Shown here piece by piece: positions 61,895-64,000 of a stretch of 64,000 nucleotides of DNA (positions within the stretch are counted from its first letter, which is position 1; every line of letters starts with the position of its first letter). The notes beneath the pieces were generated by a model. That model did not search any database. It was not told the origin of the DNA and was given only the letters and a program-made list of their open reading frames with translations. The translations under genes and the position numbers were made by a program. The DNA is from Octopus bimaculoides (taxonomy: Eukaryota), in assembly GCF_001194135.2 (NCBI RefSeq), contig NC_068998.1, positions 39,760,898 to 39,824,897 of the forward strand, read 5' to 3'.

Positions 61895-62380
61895 CATTCT
61901 TTCATCTAAATTTAGATATTATAAATATTTCAAGTCCTGCTTGATGGACTATTTCTAATTTTTGTAGCAAAAAGTAGACTCCCACAAGATTATCCACCAT
62001 CTTCTCAACAACAACCTTGGGCACCTTTTTGACTTCCATGTGTCTAACGCTCATGGACATGTTTACAAAATCAAAAAACAGCACAGCACCCATGGCTTTC
62101 AGAAACATTTTTTCACACACAGAATTGCTGAAGCATGGAATAAACTACCCACATCAGATGTTAGCTGTCAGGACACAACAACCTTCAAAATTTCCATGAT
62201 TTCTGAAATCTGCCAGCAGTACACCTGATGCTTCCCACCCCTACTTTTGAAGACTTATTTACTGTTCACTTCCTGTGAATTTTCTATGTACTGTTCATGC
62301 AGTTTTGGTTACTTTTTCTGATGAATTGTAGTGCACTTGAGCACTGTATACAATAGGTTCATTATTATTATTTATTATTA
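61895..62380 (+). mobile_element. CR1-clade LINE 3' end
   Basis: GHVYKIKKQ...QKHFFTHRIAEAWNKLP...FK matches the CR1 ORF2 C-terminus. Ends in a (TAT)n tail. Confidence 0.8.
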
Positions 62381-63589
62381 AATTGGTACTTTTCAATGTT
62401 AGCATAAATCGGATGGATGTCACCCTGTTGTTTCACAAATTTCAGTCCGTCATCATCTGCCAAATACAGAAACTGAGAAAACCCATCAAATAGCTATTGT
62501 GTATGTCATCTTTTGTCTTGAGCAATGTTCATACACCAGGAGGCCTTTCATATTACCAACCCATGTACAGCATGGACTGTGTGTATTTTATCATACTACC
62601 AACATGAGAGAGATTGTCTGTGACAAAACTGAAGAATCTCTATTCCCTTAAGCCTGTATTTGTACTGAGTGACTGCTCTTTGAGATAAGCTACCCTCACT
62701 GTGGCTTACTAAGACCATGTCTATGTCACTCTTATTTCTTTTTGGCATCATTGTTTTTACAGCTGTGGTTGCTTCCTAGCCATGTAGTTTCAGACTCAGT
62801 CCCACAGTGTGACAATTTGGGCAAATGTCTTCCACTACAGCCCTGGGTCAACCAATGGTTTGCTAGTGGATTTGGTAGACAGAAACTGAAAGAAGCTTGT
62901 CGGACATGTGTGCATGTATATGAGATTGTGAACAACTTTGTCTTGACACTGCATGATAGTTGTAAACAAATATCATCATACAAGCAGTGTCATTCATCAT
63001 CATCATCGTTTAATGTCAGTTTTCCATGCTGGCATGGGCTGGATGGTTTGACAGGAGCTGGCTCCAATTGTCTGTTTTGGCATGGTTTCTATGGCTGGAT
63101 GCTCTTCCTAATACCAACCATTTTACAGAGTGTGCTGGGTGCTTTTTATGTGCTACCGGAAAGAATGCATTTTATGTGGCACCAGTATGAGTGCATTTTA
63201 TGCGTCACTGGCACCTGCAAGACTAAGACCTCTCAGCTGGGGAAAGGAGTGGGGCCATGGCCATAAAGGACATGCCTCTAATTATGAATGGCTACGATTT
63301 CACTTAGCTTGGCATGTCTTTTCACCAGAAGTCTCAGTCCCTTGTCATCTCCTCAGTGACAATGTAGACCCAGATATGCTATTTCTGAATAAAGGATGGA
63401 ACATTTACAGCAGGTACATCTTTTATGACAAGTCAGCTGGACCAGGGCTAATTCATGTCTAAGCAACAACAACAACAACACGGATGTTCTCATAAAATGT
63501 GTAGAATGCTGCAGGCTTGCAAGCTCCTAGGAAAAGACAGATGTTAAAAAAAGAGAGATATCTTAAAGTAGTGCTATGGTTCTACTTAC

Positions 63590-63689
63590 AATCAATCATA
63601 TATCCTCGCTGTCGAGTCTTGATTTGTTTTGTCAGTAAACTATAACTGTCTTTGACAAGGATCTTCTGACAACCTTCCAGCAGGGCAAT
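63590..63689 (-). CDS. VPS41: VPS41 exon (IALLEGCQKILVKDSYSLLTKQIKTRQRGYMID); the gene continues beyond the right edge
   Basis: Acceptor ttattgcag, donor T|GTAAGT. Matches the VPS41 L.EGC.KILV.DS.SLL segment preceding the RING. All four exons join in frame. Confidence 0.92.
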
Positions 63690-63895
63690 CTGCAATAATA
63701 AGAGGCACAACAATAACAACTTGTATATATAGACAACATAATGATTGGTGTGTGTGTGTGTGTGTGTGTATGTGAGTGTGTGTGTGTGTATATATATATA
63801 TAAGTTAAAGATAATAGTCATTACATATTTTTCCTTTATTAGAGCAAAGTCGGCGGTGCATCAGCATGGCCGCAGCTCTGAGCTGAAACTATAGA

Positions 63896-63941
<46 letters not shown>

Positions 63942-64000
63942 TCGCCATGATAGATTGCTAACCACTACACATTCCTTTTTTTTCTTTCTCTCCTTGTTTC

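Noticed and set aside
62390-62456. Extra minus-strand VPS41 exon (DDGLKFVKQQ...)
   Set aside because: 67 nt would shift the frame; the VPS41 model closes without it.
62742-63462. 174-aa and 110-aa ORFs
   Set aside because: Run through SINE family A and C copies.

Overview
AT-rich, microsatellite- and SINE-dense animal genomic DNA. The SINE and MITE landscape points to an octopus (inferred, not verified). Four spliced protein-coding genes were reconstructed by hand from splice signals and frame continuity. (1) TMEM177 (+, CDS 14988-15164 and 16270-17013, 306 aa), with probable 5' exons near 6.3-6.6 kb. (2) A Ly6/uPAR three-finger, quiver/sleepless-like GPI-anchored gene (-, exons 19812-20047, 22474-22590, probable 23412-23448 and 25514-25525, 133 aa). 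Its last exon is absent from the ORF track. (3) TMEM9 (+, five exons, 30865-54592, 199 aa). (4) The last four exons of VPS41 (-, 57297-63689), encoding the RING-H2 C-terminus. A possible fifth gene starts at the left edge (-). Transposon fossils include two mariners plus a fragment, a DD37D maT element, hAT, piggyBac-type, Tc1-type and foldback MITEs, a Gypsy 3' end with LTR, R4/Dong and CR1 LINE ends, and several SINE families. The most interesting observations are the hidden Ly6 gene, an in-frame TAG just upstream of the TMEM177 ATG (uORF, alternative acceptor or A-to-I read-through), and a set of near-perfect hairpins in TMEM9 intron 1, two of which share a 12-nt motif. There is no CRISPR array, rRNA or convincing tRNA. 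Two assembly gaps (N runs) are present.
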